64,000 nucleotides of DNA, taken from NCBI RefSeq assembly GCF_009914755.1, contig NC_060925.1; one strand, given 5' to 3'. The notes below the pieces were generated by a model that worked only from the letters and a program-made list of their open reading frames with translations, was not told the DNA's origin and made no database searches. Positions 24,951 through 39,339 of this stretch are shown here, in pieces; position 1 is the first letter of the stretch, and every line of letters starts with the position of its first letter. The translations under genes and the position numbers were made by a program. Source of the DNA: the human T2T-CHM13v2.0 reference genome, Homo sapiens.

Positions 24951-24961
24951 TTCTATAGGCA

Positions 24962-26769
24962 AGCAAATCATGAATGAACTCCCATTCACAATTGCTACAA
25001 AGAGAATAAAATACCTAGGAATACAGCTAACAAGAGAAGTGAGGGTCCTCTTCAAGGAACACTACAAACCACTGCTCCAAGAAATCAGAGATGACACAAA
25101 CATATGGAAAAACATTCCATGCTCATGGATAAAGAATCAATATTGTGAAAATGGCCATACCGCCCAAAGTAATTTATAGATTCAGTGCTATTCTCATCAA
25201 ACTACCACTGATATTCTTCACAGAATTAGAAAAGAAACTACTTTAAAATTTAGATGGAACCACAAAAGAGCCCAATAGGCAAGACAATCCTAAGCCAAAA
25301 GAACAAAGCTGGAGGCATCATGGTACCTGACTTCAAACTATACTACAAGAGTACAGTAACCAAAAACAGCATGATACGGGTACAAAAACAGACACATAGA
25401 CCAAGGAAACAGAATAGAGAATTCAGAAATAAGACCACACACCTACAACCATCTGATCTTCGACACATGTGACAAAAACAAGCAATAGGGAAAGGAATCC
25501 CTATTTAATAAATGGTGCTGGGAGAACTGGCTACCCATATACAGAAAATTGAAACTGGACCCCATCCTTACACCTTATACAAAAATTAACTCAAGATGGA
25601 TTAAAGAATTAAACATAAAACCCAAAACTATAAAAATCCTAGAAGAAAATCTAGGCAATACCATTCAGGATATAGGCACAGGCAAAAATTTCTTGACAAA
25701 AATGTCAAAAGCAATTGCAACAGAAGCAAAAATTGACAAATGGGATCTAATTAAACTAAAGAGCTTCTGCACTGCAAAAGAAACTATAATCAGAGCGAAC
25801 AGACAACCTACAGCATGGGAGAAAAGTTTTGCAATCTATCCATCTGACAAAGGTCTAATATCCAGAATCTACAAGGAGCTTAAACAAATTTACAAGAAAA
25901 AAATGAAGAACTCCATTAAAAAGTGGTCAAAGGACCTGAACAGACACTCCTCAAAGGAATACATTTATATGGCCAACAAACAAATTTTAAAAAGTTCGAC
26001 ATCACTGATCACTGGAGAAATGCAGATCAAAACCACAATGAGATACCATCTCATGCCAGTCAGAATGGTGATTATTAAAAAGTCAAGAAACAATAGATGC
26101 TGGCAAGGATACAGAGGGATAGAAATGCTTTCACACTGTTGGTGGGAATGTAAAATAGTTCAACCATTGTAGAAGATAGTGTGGAGATTCCTCAAAGATC
26201 TAGAAGCAGAAATACCATTTGACCCAGCAATCCCATTACTGGGTATATACCCAAAGGAATATAAATCATTCTATCATAAAGACACATGCATGCCTATGTT
26301 CATTGCAACACTCTTCACAATAGCAAAGGCATGGAATCAACCTAAATGTCCATCAATGGTAGACTGGATAAAGAAAATGTGGTACATATACACCATGGAA
26401 TACTATGTAGCCATAAAAAAGAACAAGATCATGTCCTTTGCAGGGACATGGATGGAGATAGAAGCCGTTGTCCTCAGCAAACTAACACAGGAATAAAAAA
26501 TGAAACACCACATGTTCTCACTTATAAGTGGGAGCTGAACAATGAGAACACATGGACACATGGAGAGGAACAAAACACACTGAGGCCTGTCGAGGAGGGG
26601 CGTGCAGGGGGAGAGAGAACATCAGGAAGAATAACTAATGGATGCTGGGTTTAATACCTAGGTGATGGGTTGATCTGTGCAGCAAACCACCATAGCACAC
26701 ATTTACCTATGTAACAAGCCTGCAAATCCTGCACAGGTACCCTGGAACTTAAAAGTTGAAGGAAAAAAA
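24962..26769 (+). mobile_element. 5'-truncated L1PA (about L1PA10-13); ORF2 3' part disrupted by frameshifts
   Basis: ORF-track peptides match L1 ORF2p ([42 protein letters not shown]); TSD TTCTATAGGCA at 24951-24961 and 26771-26781. Confidence 0.96.
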
Positions 26770-27489
26770 TTTCTATAGGCATGCCATACATACATATATG
26801 GAGAGAATGTCTCAATGTAATTTTAAGCTATTTAAATCTATTTTAAATTGCTTCTTTTAGATCTGATGTGAAATGAAAATCATATTCACCACACTGACTT
26901 AGGATATATTCACTTTGGCTGCCAAGTCATTTTTAGATTTAAAAAATTAAGAAGCTTCAGATGGAAATGTTTAGCAGATTGACAAAAATTATTCTGTAAA
27001 TTGGTGTCAGTGTGTGCACCAATTAACTAGGAAGTACTTTTACTGTCCTAACCCTAACTGTTTAATCATCAGAGACCTGAACTCCTTTCATTTTTCCTCC
27101 TCTTCAGATTTACTTGATACCTTATCTTTCTAACTGAACTTCCGGCCCACTTCCATCAAGGACAAGCACACATCCTCTGAAATCATTCATGGTCCCTTTG
27201 AGCAATGAAGGATCACATCAGAAGATCAGAGTATGAACCTAGCCATGAATATAATCTTCTCATATCCTGGTATGTCAATGGCAGCATATGTTTGCAAGGC
27301 AATCCATGGTTGTGGAAACACTTTCATGGATACAGTCAATTTAGTGGAGCCAGGATCTGGGTTGAAAGCAGCCCTCTTCAGAAAGTCAGTATCTTCCCCA
27401 TGGAAGATCCCTGCTCTTAGCCTACACAGAAATGGTCCAGGTATCCTAATGGAATAGATTCAGCTGCTCTGACTCTGAAAATAAGATGA

Positions 27490-27876
<387 letters not shown>

Positions 27877-28454
27877 CTAACCACAGATACCTTATCCATT
27901 GGTCTGACAATTTGTTGATATTCTCACCTTAAGGATTTCTTTGGGTTGGGGATTGAAGATCCCAGAAAATATGCAAACAATTTTTGGTGAAGTTAATATT
28001 GTAAGACATTATTAAGTATCAGTTCCTTAGAACAAATTAGTTTTTTACGTTTGTTACTCAGTCAACTGTTAAAATTTGCATGAATAAAGAGAAAATCATG
28101 AGGGTCAACAGGGAATATAAGATGTGATGGATTGTTCTGCTATTCTTGTAAGAACAATGGCATTCATGCAGGTATTGCAGTGAGCTTGGAGATATGCTTC
28201 ATTGTCCATTGATTCATTGGGCTGAAACAAGAAGTTCCATGAAGCAACGTTAAAGGGGTAGGTTTAGGATGTCAACTGCCTTTGTCTGTCTTGGGCGAGT
28301 TGAAGGCCCATGAACTAGTAATTTGAATGAAAAATGCCATTATAGAAAGGATGTCCAACTCTTGGCTGCCTGAAGGATAGCTCCCACTGTCATACAAGGG
28401 TGAGATGTTAGGTACTAGGCCTGGCAGTATGGGGTTTGGGAGTATCTTTCATTA

Positions 28455-28920
28455 ATGAAAAGCCTTCAGTGGCTTCCTTCCAACACTGCGTGACATTTGA
28501 GCTCCACAACCAGCCATAAATGCCCTTCCTTAATGGGTACTTGCTGACTTCTATAGCCTCAGTTCTCAGGGATTAAACTTTTTGCTTCAGCAATGCAGAT
28601 CTATAATTTCTTTACTACCCCTTCTCTTTTCCTCTCTTCTGCTTGTCTAATCTTAGTTCATCCTTTAATACTTAATTTGGACATCACTTCCTTCAATGAA
28701 GCCGTTCCTTACTCTCAAGAGCCCCTTCTTCTTCCTTCTATAATTCCTGATGTCTATCTTATATTATTATACCTATGGCATAAGTTAGGTGTCTGCCTCT
28801 CCCGTTAGTCTACAAAGTCTCTATGGAAAGGGACTATGATGTATTCAACTTTGTGCCTGAGAGCCTAGGGTAATAAACAGATGATTGGATGGATGGATGG
28901 ATGGATGGGTGGGTGGATGC
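28455..28920 (+). mobile_element. L2 3' region ending in (TGGA)n
   Basis: AAAGCCTTCAGTGGCTTCC; GACATCACTTCCTTC; TAGTCTACAAAGTCTCTATGGAAAGGGACTATG; GGAT tail. Confidence 0.6.
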
Positions 28921-29384
28921 ATGGAAGGAAGGAAGGAAAGATTGCAGGGCTGAATTCTGGACCTTTTTGGAGACTATTGCATTATCATCCATAACTTGGT
29001 TTGACTAAGGCATGAAAATTGGGGACAGGGTGGGCTATGAATAATTTGTATTAACATTTTAAATGTCCCTAAATTACTATAGTTGAACCTTAGTTGGAGT
29101 TTCTACAGGCATTTTTTTTTTTTTTTGGCTTAAAAATTTACTGATCCCAGGAGGCGTTTTTGGATTAATTGTCTATTTCCTTTTGTGTTTTTATTCCCAC
29201 AACAATTATTTAAATAAGCGATACACTTTGCACTTTTTAATATGCTGCTTGCTGATTATCTTCCAGTTATATTTTTGGTCTTACCCAACTATAAATTAAG
29301 TCTCTGGAATTTTCCTTCTAATATTTTGGTCTCCTGTCATGGAGCCTGCAATGTAGTAAATACCAACCTGACTGCTAAAGCCAG

Positions 29385-29600
29385 TCTACCAGGCATCATA
29401 GCCTAGTTCTACTTGTTTACATGGCCCTTGGCAAGTCACTTAACCACTAGTTCCTCGTTTTTTTAATATATAAAATGGGAATAACACTGGTTCTTATCTC
29501 AGAATGTTTGTATAAGAAATAAATGAGAGCATGAATGTTATAACACATTTAGAACAGTGCCTAGCATATAGTAAACTCTCGATTAAGTCTTTTCAGTATT
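29385..29600 (+). mobile_element. MIR
   Basis: CTTGGCAAGTCACTTAACC...TAAAATGGGAATAAC...AGAACAGTGCCTAGCATATAGTAA. Confidence 0.8.
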
Positions 29601-29639
29601 GCCTTCCCATAATACCCATTGGTAATGCCTTATAAATGT

Positions 29640-29960
29640 TCAGTATTTTATACTTCACAAAGTGATTTCACATTTAATAACAACAATGGATACTTAGTAT
29701 GCATCAGTCACTGTGCTGGGCACTGGACACACTGTTGAGTAGGACTACCAATACCTACCCTCACAAAGGCTTACAGAAACCTGCCGTGTTTAGGATTTTA
29801 TACTTCACAGGTATACAGGTGTAATGAAGCTTCCCCGTTTAAGGACAAAAAATGAGATGCCTCAGCAGATTAATTTACTTGACCATAGTCATGTAAGCTA
29901 AGATGCAATAGAATCCAATCTTATACTCTCATTGCAAGTTCAGTTTATTTCTATTACATC
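29640..29960 (-). mobile_element. MIR fragment containing an L2 3' fragment
   Basis: CACAAAGTGATTTCACAT; CACTGTGCTGGGCACTGG...CCCTCACAAAGGCTTACAG; antisense MIR core at about 29830-29940. Confidence 0.5.
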
Positions 29961-30975
29961 ATAACTTTAAATAAAATGACTGTATTAAGTGTGGTGGGCT
30001 GAACACTAGAACACTTCCTTTTGGAAGCATACTAAAGTTATAGTAAAGGATTTTATAAATGTATAAGGAAAAAGGAAGATAGAGAGAAACAATAGTCTAT
30101 AAGCAATGACAAAATTTTGGAAAATGAAAAACAAAAGCACCAGTAGTAACTGACCAAATAGAAAGCTGAGCCCTAAGCATGTAGGGGGAAAGCCAAGAAA
30201 AAGGGAAGCCAAGTCAAGCCACAGGTCAGATTCTTAGAAAGACTTAGAAATTATAGGTTGTTTTTTTGAGGGGGATGTAAAGGGTGCAGATGGTCTGGAA
30301 GGCTGAAAAAAAGATTATAAATTTGCATAAGGAGCTTAGAATTGCAGATTCTCTACTCATCTACTCATCCTCATCTACTCATTCTCCCACTCTGGAAAAT
30401 GATAGAGATTTCCTCTAAAGAGAGGTTAGAGTAGAGGAACTCAGGATTTGGGGGTACCCCGCTTACCTCAGGGTAAGGGCAAAGCCCTATACTGAATCAT
30501 AAAGAAATGAAGTAAAAGCCCACAAGTTGAACAGTACAACCTACTGCAAACCCAATACCCAAAGTGCAGACAGTCACACTTACACCCCCATTCAACCTAA
30601 GTTGAATTTAATTATGTGGCTCCAATTTAATTATGAGTTGACAGACAAATAGCATTTCAAGAATGAGAAGAAAAATAAGAGATAAAAAGAAAAAATAACT
30701 CATGGGAGAAATTTTTGGCAAACGATGTATTTGATAAGGGGTCAATAGCTAAAATATATAAGGAACTTCTATAGCTAAATAGGAAACACAAAACAAAAAA
30801 CCAAATAACCTGATATAAAAATGGGCAAAGGACTTGAGTAGGATTTGAATTTCTCCACAGAAGATACACAAATGGCCAAGTGTATGAATAGATACTTAAC
30901 ATCAGTAATCATCAGGGAAATACAAATGAAAACGACAATGAGAAACCACCTCACATGTGTTAGGATGGCTATTAC

Positions 30976-31162
30976 GAAAAGGAAAAGAAAGAAAGAAAGA
31001 AAGAGAGAGAGACAAAGAGAGAAAGAAAAAAGGAAGGACGGAAGGAGGGAAGGAAGGAGGGAAAGAAGGGAGGGAGGGAGGAGAGAGAGAGAAAGAGAAA
31101 GAGAAAGAAAAAAGAAAAGAAAGAAAGAAAGAGAAAGAAAGAAAGAAAAAGAAAAGAAAGAG
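30976..31162. repeat. GA-rich polypurine tract (GAAA/GGAA/GA)
   Basis: 187 bp containing only two pyrimidines. Confidence 0.95.
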
Positions 31163-31520
31163 TTGGCAAGGATGTAGAGAAATTAGAATCTTTATGTACT
31201 GCTAGTGTAAATGTAAAATGCTGCTGCCACTATGAAAAGCAGTATGAAAGTTTCTCCAAGCATTCAAAAATTAAAATCAAATATAGGACTAGTATATAAT
31301 CCAGCATCCCACTTCTGGTTATTTATCCAAAAGAATTGAAATTAGAATCTCAAAGAGATATTTTCACTCCCATGTTCTTTGCAGCATTATTTATAATAGC
31401 TGAGCTGTGGAAACAAGCTTAATGTCCATCATTTGATAAAAGGATAAAGAAGACGTAATAAATATTTACACCATATCCATATATCTGTGAATCTTATTGT
31501 CAGAAAAAAAGGAAAATTCT

Positions 31521-31922
<402 letters not shown>

Positions 31923-32232
31923 CTAAAATAGTCAAATTCAAAGAAGCAGTGAGTAGAATGGCGGTTGCCAGGGGCTGAGGGGAGTGGGAATGGAGAGTGG
32001 ATATTCAAGGGGTATAAACTTTCAGTTATACAAGATGAATAAGTTGTAGTGATCTGCTGTATAACAGTGTGCCTATAGATAATAATACTTTATTATCCAC
32101 TTTTAAAAAGTCATTAAGAGGGCAAATCTCATGTTAATTATTCTCACAACAATAAACAGAAGGAAGGAAGAAAGAAGAGAAAGGAAGAAAAAGAAAGAAA
32201 AGGGCAAAGAAGGAAGGGAAACTCATAAGAAA

Positions 32233-32577
<345 letters not shown>

Positions 32578-34783
32578 TTATTGTCATAAAACAAAAACAG
32601 AGTGCCATAATAAGGAAACATTGAGAGAAAGAGAAATATCTTGGAGAATTAAACACAGCAGAAATTTACAAAAATGTCAATACATAGGTTGGAAGATAAA
32701 GTTAAGGAAATATCTCTAAAATAAGATGATTAAAGAATCATCAGAAGATCCAGGAATTGAAGACCAGGAAAGTGTGGGGGTGGGGCATGGTGGAAGTGTG
32801 AAGATTATCAAAGAAATGTTATAAGAAAACTTTCAGAACTGAAGACGTAAGCCTGAAACTGAAAGGTCTACTAAGGGCCCTTTATTATAAATGAAAAATG
32901 ACTCACATCAAAGCATATCATTAGAGAATTTCAGAACACTGTCAAGACATTCTCATTGCTTCTTCAGATAGGAAAACAAACAAAAACCAGGTCACAAACG
33001 ACTTGAAATCAGAATGGTACTGAATTTATCAACAACAAAGCTAGACTACAGAAGATAATAGAGAAACGCCTTTTAAATACCGAGTAAAATGTAAATTCTA
33101 ACCCTTACTTCAGGGCCCATATAAACGACCACTCAATTATGGGAATATAAAAAGATTTTCATTTATAGGCAGCCTTAAAATGTTTAACCCCCTTATGCCC
33201 TTCTTAGAAAGTTGCTAAAGGATGTTTTCCATGTTTTTAAAAAGGGAAATATGCAAAAAAAAAGGAAGGATAGGGATTTAGAATCCAAGAGGCAAGAGTT
33301 AAATAGAAAAAAGGCATTTTTAGAATAATGAAGAAGAGAAGGCCCCCAAATAACCAGTTGTTTCACAGTCTATTGAACAACCAGTGCAGCTAGGAGCAAG
33401 AGAATGGAAGCCTTCAGGGGGGATGTCTTTAAGAAAAAATAAAAATAATGCATACAGTTTGTGATAAACCTGACTATAATGAGAGGAATCTTACAGATCT
33501 GGTAGAGAATTTGGAAGTGAAAGGACACCAAAAACTAAGCAAATCATCATAAAAGCAATGATTAATCTCATTGAAATAGAAAAGCTTGATGAGAAATATA
33601 ATGCAATGACACCACTGCCAGCGGCCCAGCTGTGATGTCTATTAATATAAACATAACAACGTGAGTCCTGAATATTGATATAACCAAAATTTATGATGTC
33701 AACGTATTTGGAATAAATCTGTAAGTGTGCAAAGGGGACATGGAGCAAGAGGTCTAAATCCCTATTTTATATTGTAGGAAATCAAGTGTCTAAAATTGGA
33801 AAATCAAGAAATGGCAGTATAAGTATTCATCTAGCAAGATGAAGATAAATAACAGAAGAAACAGCTAAAAGAATGGAATGTTTACATATAGGAGTAGAAA
33901 TCAGAACTGGGGAAATGTGGAGCTGCTGTTTTTCATTATAACCCTCGTAGTACTGTTTTAATTTTAAGGCTACGTATATGTATTATTTCAATACAAAATT
34001 AAACATTAGTTACACCTTATGAAACAAGTTAAGTATATAAGAACTTAATGTTAGAGAGTTTTAAGATGTTTTGAAGCAAAATTTTTTTTCTTTTATATCA
34101 ATTTGGACATGATCATGTAGAAATCTAAATCTAATTACATATTTGAGAATAATCCAATTTTCTTCCTTTCATTTTTGAGAGAAATCATAACTCATGATCC
34201 TTTATCTCTTGCCTGTTGGGATGTTTCTGATGGTTCTAGTGAATGCTCAGCTTGGGAACTAGAACTTCAAAGCTTTCCTCTTGGCAGGGCGTTAGGAGGC
34301 TAATCACTAGAATAAGGGCCAGAATGTTCTGAGCTAACCCCAAGCTCTCCTCCAGCATTTAGCATTCGTTGATGCCATCATCACTCCAAAAATGACTGCA
34401 ACCATGAGATTCCACTAACTCAGGGAAAAACTGAGGAGCACTTGGAATGTTTTAATTAGGTTTATTGATTAGAGACAATAAAACTTCTACCTCTTCCATT
34501 AGCACACTTCCTCAGAGAATACCTGATGAAAGGCTATTATGAAAGAAAAGCAATTTCTTACGTTTCCTATTTCATATATTCCTAGAAATCTTGGGGAGGC
34601 AGGGGATATAACATGCCAGAAATGGCAATAATCTATCAAACTGATTTTCAGGAAAATGAGGAGAAAAGTACATTGACTCTCGTACATATTTATGTATAAA
34701 CTAAGAGGATATTGTCATAATATGGAGAGGTAGAGAGACAGAAAGACATGCAGGGACACTGAAGGAAAAAAAAAGAGGAGAAG

Positions 34784-35141
34784 TGTATTAGTCTATTATC
34801 TCACTGCTGTAAAGAAATGTCTGAGATTGAGTAATTTATAAAGAAAAGAGGTTTAATTGGCTCACGTTCCACAGACTGTACAGGGAGCATGATGCTGGCA
34901 TCTGCTCAGCTTCTGGGGAGGCCTCAGGAAACTTTATAACCATGGTGGAAGGCAAAAGGGACATTAGGCTGGAGTAGGAGGAAGGTGCCACATGCTTTTA
35001 AACAATCAGATCTCATGAGAACTCCATCACAAGAACAGCACCAAAGGGGGAAATCTGCCCCCACAATCCAATCACCTCCCACCAGACCCTACCTCCCACA
35101 CTGGGAATTATAATTCCATATGAGATTTGGACAAAATCCAA
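34784..35141 (-). mobile_element. MSTA-like MaLR LTR
   Basis: TGTATTAGTC...GCATGATGCTGGCATCTGCTCAGCTTCTGGGGAGGCCTCAGG...CCAATCACCTCCCACCAG...ATGAGATTTGG. Confidence 0.9.
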
Positions 35142-36056
35142 AGGTTCCCCCCTTTTCCAAAGGGCGGAATGGTTATAGAGAGGGAAGAAAGAAATAGCAG
35201 GATTAAGGAAGGAAAAGAGAAGGCGAAGAATGGGAGAGATACAGGGTGAAACCATGTAGCATATGTGGCCATGTCCCCAGCCTCTCATGTTACCCGACAA
35301 CCCAACAGCTTTCTCTGACCTGGCCCATTTGTCTGCAGCCTAGTAGACCAGGGTATTCCAACTCTACCTCACACTCTAATCTCTTCACACATGGCCGGAA
35401 CATTTCTTTCATATCTTCTACTTGGCCTGGGACCATAGGACCCAGATGCCAAGGGCAATAGGCTCCAGCTTCATCTGCTTTTTGATAAGTTGTTCTAGCC
35501 TTCCTTCTGTTGTCACTCTAGGGGAAAAGAGGGAGAATATACAGCAAGCCCTATTCATTCTGGAATTGCTCCACGTGCCTGATGAAAATCCTTGCTCTAT
35601 CTGCAGTCAGGGATGCCATAATCATAAATACAGCAGAGGTTGTTAAGCTAAAAACTAGTTCACAACAACAAGCAAACTGATCTATACCACAGAACCCTAT
35701 AAAAGGTCAGGGGGTGAGCCTTTATCCATGCATTGCACTACAACCACACCCACCCACGCTTATACTCACATTCCTCTCACCCTTGTGGGCCTTGTGGGTG
35801 AGAGGTGAAAGGGATCTGAGTATAAGTGTGGGTGGGTGTGGTGTAGTGCAGTGCAGTGCATGGATGTGTGTTTGTGTGTGCTTGTATGTGTTTCCCTTAC
35901 CTCTGAGAGGTATCCTAATGTCTGATGGTCCTTGACTGTGAGTTCATGTATAAGGGAGAGGCTCTAAAAAGCCATTTGGGAGCTCTCTCTGCATGGGCAC
36001 AGCTTGGCAGCCAGTGGGCCTCACAAGGCGATCAGACTAGGACACAAATGCATTTT

Positions 36057-36551
36057 TGTGAGATGAGATCAAATGTCCCCCAAAGATAGCTATGTCCTAA
36101 TCTCCAGAATCTGTGACTGTATCAGGTTACATGGCAATAAGAAATTAAGGTTGTAGATGGAACTAAGGTTGCTAATCAGTTGACCTTAAAATAGGGAGAT
36201 TTTCCTGGATTATCTGGGCTGCCCAGTATTATCACAAGGATACCTAAAAGTGGAAGAGGCAATTAGAAGAGAGAATCAGACAGATGGCAGTGTGGAAAAG
36301 ACTTGGTCTGATGTTGTTGACTTTGAAGATGGAAGAAGAGAGCCACAAATCAAGGAATGTGGGAAGCTTCTAGAAGCTGGAAAAGACAAGTAAACATGCT
36401 TCTCCAGATCCCCTAGAATGCCAACACCTTGCTTTTAGTCTAATGAGGCCCATTTTGGACGTTTGAACTGCATAAGTGTAAGATAATTTGTGTTGGTCTA
36501 AGCTGCCAAGTTTGTGGGAATTTGTTGCAGCAGCAGCAAGAAACTAATACA
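36057..36551 (+). mobile_element. MLT1D solo LTR
   Basis: CCCCCAAAGAT...GGAACTAAGGTTGCTAATCAGTTGACCTTAAAATAGGGAGATT...GCAGCAAGAAACTAATACA. Confidence 0.92.
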
Positions 36552-37039
36552 CCCCAATGATGATGTGTATAGGCCTTTTCTTTTGCCCAGAAGTTTCTCC
36601 AGAAGAGAGCACATGTAATCCTGGCTTCTCAAAATCTGGGAACCAAGCAGGAGAAAAAGATAAGGGTTTTACCATACCATCCACTGATTTTCTGTAAGCC
36701 CATGTTTTGTGTGGCACTGCATCTCTCTCCAGCTCCCAGGATGGTGGCAGTTAATCTTGTTTTCAGTTCCGTCTTACACTCTTTTCTTCAAACATACCTC
36801 CTTTCTCCAATTTCTGAGCCTTTATAGGGTTCTGTGGTATAAATCAGTTTGCTTGTTGCTGGCTTTCTTCACCCCCTCACTACATTGTAAAGTTTTATTT
36901 GCTTCATTACATCAAATCAGTTCTCTTTCACGAGTCCACCATCTATCAGCTGAAATTTATTGACATTTCTATTTGCTGTCACCGTCCAATTGGGTTTAAA
37001 GATTATAACATTGTTACATTTCATATTTATTTTACTGGG

Positions 37040-37210
37040 ACTTCAGAAAGGAGCAGAGACAAACAAGCCATTCAATTCATTATGTTGAACTGGGATTCTT
37101 ATTATCTCTATTTTGTATTGTATAGATGAGAGAACTGAGACCATGAGTGGCTAAGCAATTTGTGAGATTTTAAATATAATTCTGGCTGACTCCCAAGTCC
37201 ATGCTCACAT
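37040..37210 (-). mobile_element. MIR fragment
   Basis: TATAGATGAGAGAACTGAGACCATGAGTGGCTAAGCAATTTG. Confidence 0.6.
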
Positions 37211-37429
37211 GAATTTATAGCCTGAAGCCGTTAGCATATGAAAAGCATTTGGAGCTCAGCCTCCTAAATCGAACATCAGCAGCTCTGCGGTGTCCTGGTG
37301 AAAATGGGGCTCCACAAGAACACTTTGACTTGCTCAAAATGAATGTTATTAAATCATCAGGCACAGAAATTCCCTTGTATCTGAGAAGTGACTGCCTTCA
37401 CTTCTCAGGAGGATATGAACTATACCTCC

Positions 37430-37695
37430 TAACTCCCCCCATCCCCTGTCACCTAGAAAGCTCCATGTGACTGGTTCTTGTCAGTGGAATATGAGCAGAA
37501 GTAAAGCGTGTTATTTCTAGGCCAAAGAGATCAAGAAGCAGATTGGCCTCTCCATTCTCTGCCTTCTCCCATCTGCCTATTGGAGGTTGATAAGCAACTG
37601 TCATGAACTAGAGGTGAACTTTTGTTGTTTTAATCCACTGGTCATTTTGAGCTAGTTTGTTACAGCAGCTAGTATTAGCTTAACTCCCTCTGCTG
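37430..37695 (+). mobile_element. MLT1 (H-J type) LTR fragment
   Basis: CCATGTGACTGGTTCTTGTCAGTGGAATATGAGCAGAAGT...TTTGTTGTTTTAATCCACTG...TTGTTACAGCAGC. Confidence 0.7.
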
Positions 37696-38453
37696 TATTC
37701 ATGATGCAAATCCAAAGCACTAGATTAGGGCAGCATTTATTCAGAGGCAGGAGGCCCTTTTGTTTCTCACAAAATCACCCTCTGCTAGGTAATTTGTACA
37801 TCTAGCCAAAGATGGGATATTTTGCCATTTTCCAAATGTGCTGTGTACGTTAACGATGGCCCTATACTCATGGGGACTAAGCACGAGTTATTTCCCATGA
37901 AAGAGGAAATTCAGTAAATAGGAGCAAGAAGTCCACATTTAGTCTCTGCCCTTTGGATATATCATCAGTAGGTATGAGAAACTAGACAGTTTAGAATGGT
38001 CCAAGCACAGTGCTGAAGAAGTGACTTTGATAATTACAGAAGTCAACGGTGTTTGAAAAATAGTTTGAAATCTTGGCTCTGAGTGTGAGAATGTGGTTTT
38101 TCCCTCCTATAGTTTAAAAGCTAACTCTGCTAAAACCCAAGAGGGATACGAAATGAATCTGGTTACAAACCAAAAGCAAAATTGCCCAGCCTGATCTAAT
38201 TCTTCCAGGAAAAGTGCAATGCAATGGGGAAATAAGGAATGGCTAGGCAGAAAATCCAATTAGCCTTTTGCAAACTGAGTTTGCTTACACTTTTTAAGTT
38301 AAAAATATTCTTTAACTTGCCCTTTTCCTTCTTATCCAAAACTACGGCCTGAAGGTTATGTGGCGAAAATACATTTTCAGAAGCCCCTTCATTTCATTGC
38401 GAATTTATCTATTGGATACTGAGATCTTAGTCTGACATATCCAGGGTCTGTGT

Positions 38454-38716
38454 TCACTTGAGTCCAGGAATTCAAGACCAGCCTGGGCAACATAGCAAAA
38501 CCCAATCTATTCAAAATTACAAAAAAAATTAGCCAGGTGTGATGGTGCGTACCTGTAGTCCCAGGTACCTAGGAGGCTGAGGTGGGAACATCACCTGAAC
38601 CCAGGAGGTCGAGGCTACAGTGAGCTGTAATCGGGCCACTGCACTCTAGCCTGGGCAACAGAGCAAGACCCTGTCTTAAAACAAACAAACAAACAAACAA
38701 CAAAAACAACAAAAAA
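38454..38716 (+). mobile_element. 5'-truncated AluJ with (AAAC)n tail
   Basis: Begins at CACTTGAGTCCAGGAATTCAAGACC; right monomer complete. Confidence 0.93.
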
Positions 38717-39339
38717 CATGCTTATTATGTCTGGAGGCACGAATAGGCAGACAGTTTTTCTGAGCCCTGGGAAGTAAACCCACAGAAAGATGATGGATAC
38801 AATATGGTTCAGAGGATGGAAGAGTTCCTGCTTAACATGGAATTTTCCTGCTACAGAGGCACAAACAGTTCTTCTTTGATTTAAAGCAGTAATTACTTCC
38901 CTGGCTTGCCCACATCAGGCTGTCAGCCTTTGAGTACTATTGCTGCTGTGTCACTGTCAAAATCAAATTACTAAAAAGGTCAGCATCATTAATATGTGGC
39001 TTGAAAGGAGTGAAAATGTCAGACAGAAAATCTATGAGCTTCTAGGGCCTTTCGTCAAAAACTTTGCTCTGGTTTATGTTACTGTTACTCTTACTTACCT
39101 CAAGGTGTAAACCATCTGCGGAAGCTTACAAGCCATATGATCATCTAACCTCCTTGTTCCTGGATAGAAAATACTCCCTGAGAATTCCCAGCTAGATGGA
39201 AACTCCTTGACATCAGAGACTATTCTTCTTTGGATCTCAGACAGCAGTTGCCTAAATACATTCACAAATACTTGAGTATACATTTGTGTATTTAAAACTT
39301 ACATACAGCTGGGCATATTGTGGGAAATAAGTGTCCACT

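Noticed and set aside
24970-26496. ORFs of 69-207 aa with clear protein homology
   Set aside because: Frameshifted fragments of L1 ORF2 in a 5'-truncated L1PA, not a gene
35698-35760. TATAAAAG with nearby CACCC boxes
   Set aside because: The CACCC boxes lie downstream of the TATA, and isolated TATA words are common in this AT-rich window
39140-39200. Peptide SSWEFSGSIFYPGT resembling a K2P channel pore helix
   Set aside because: No TIGYG/GFG filter or transmembrane segments follow, and the neighbouring DNA is L2-like
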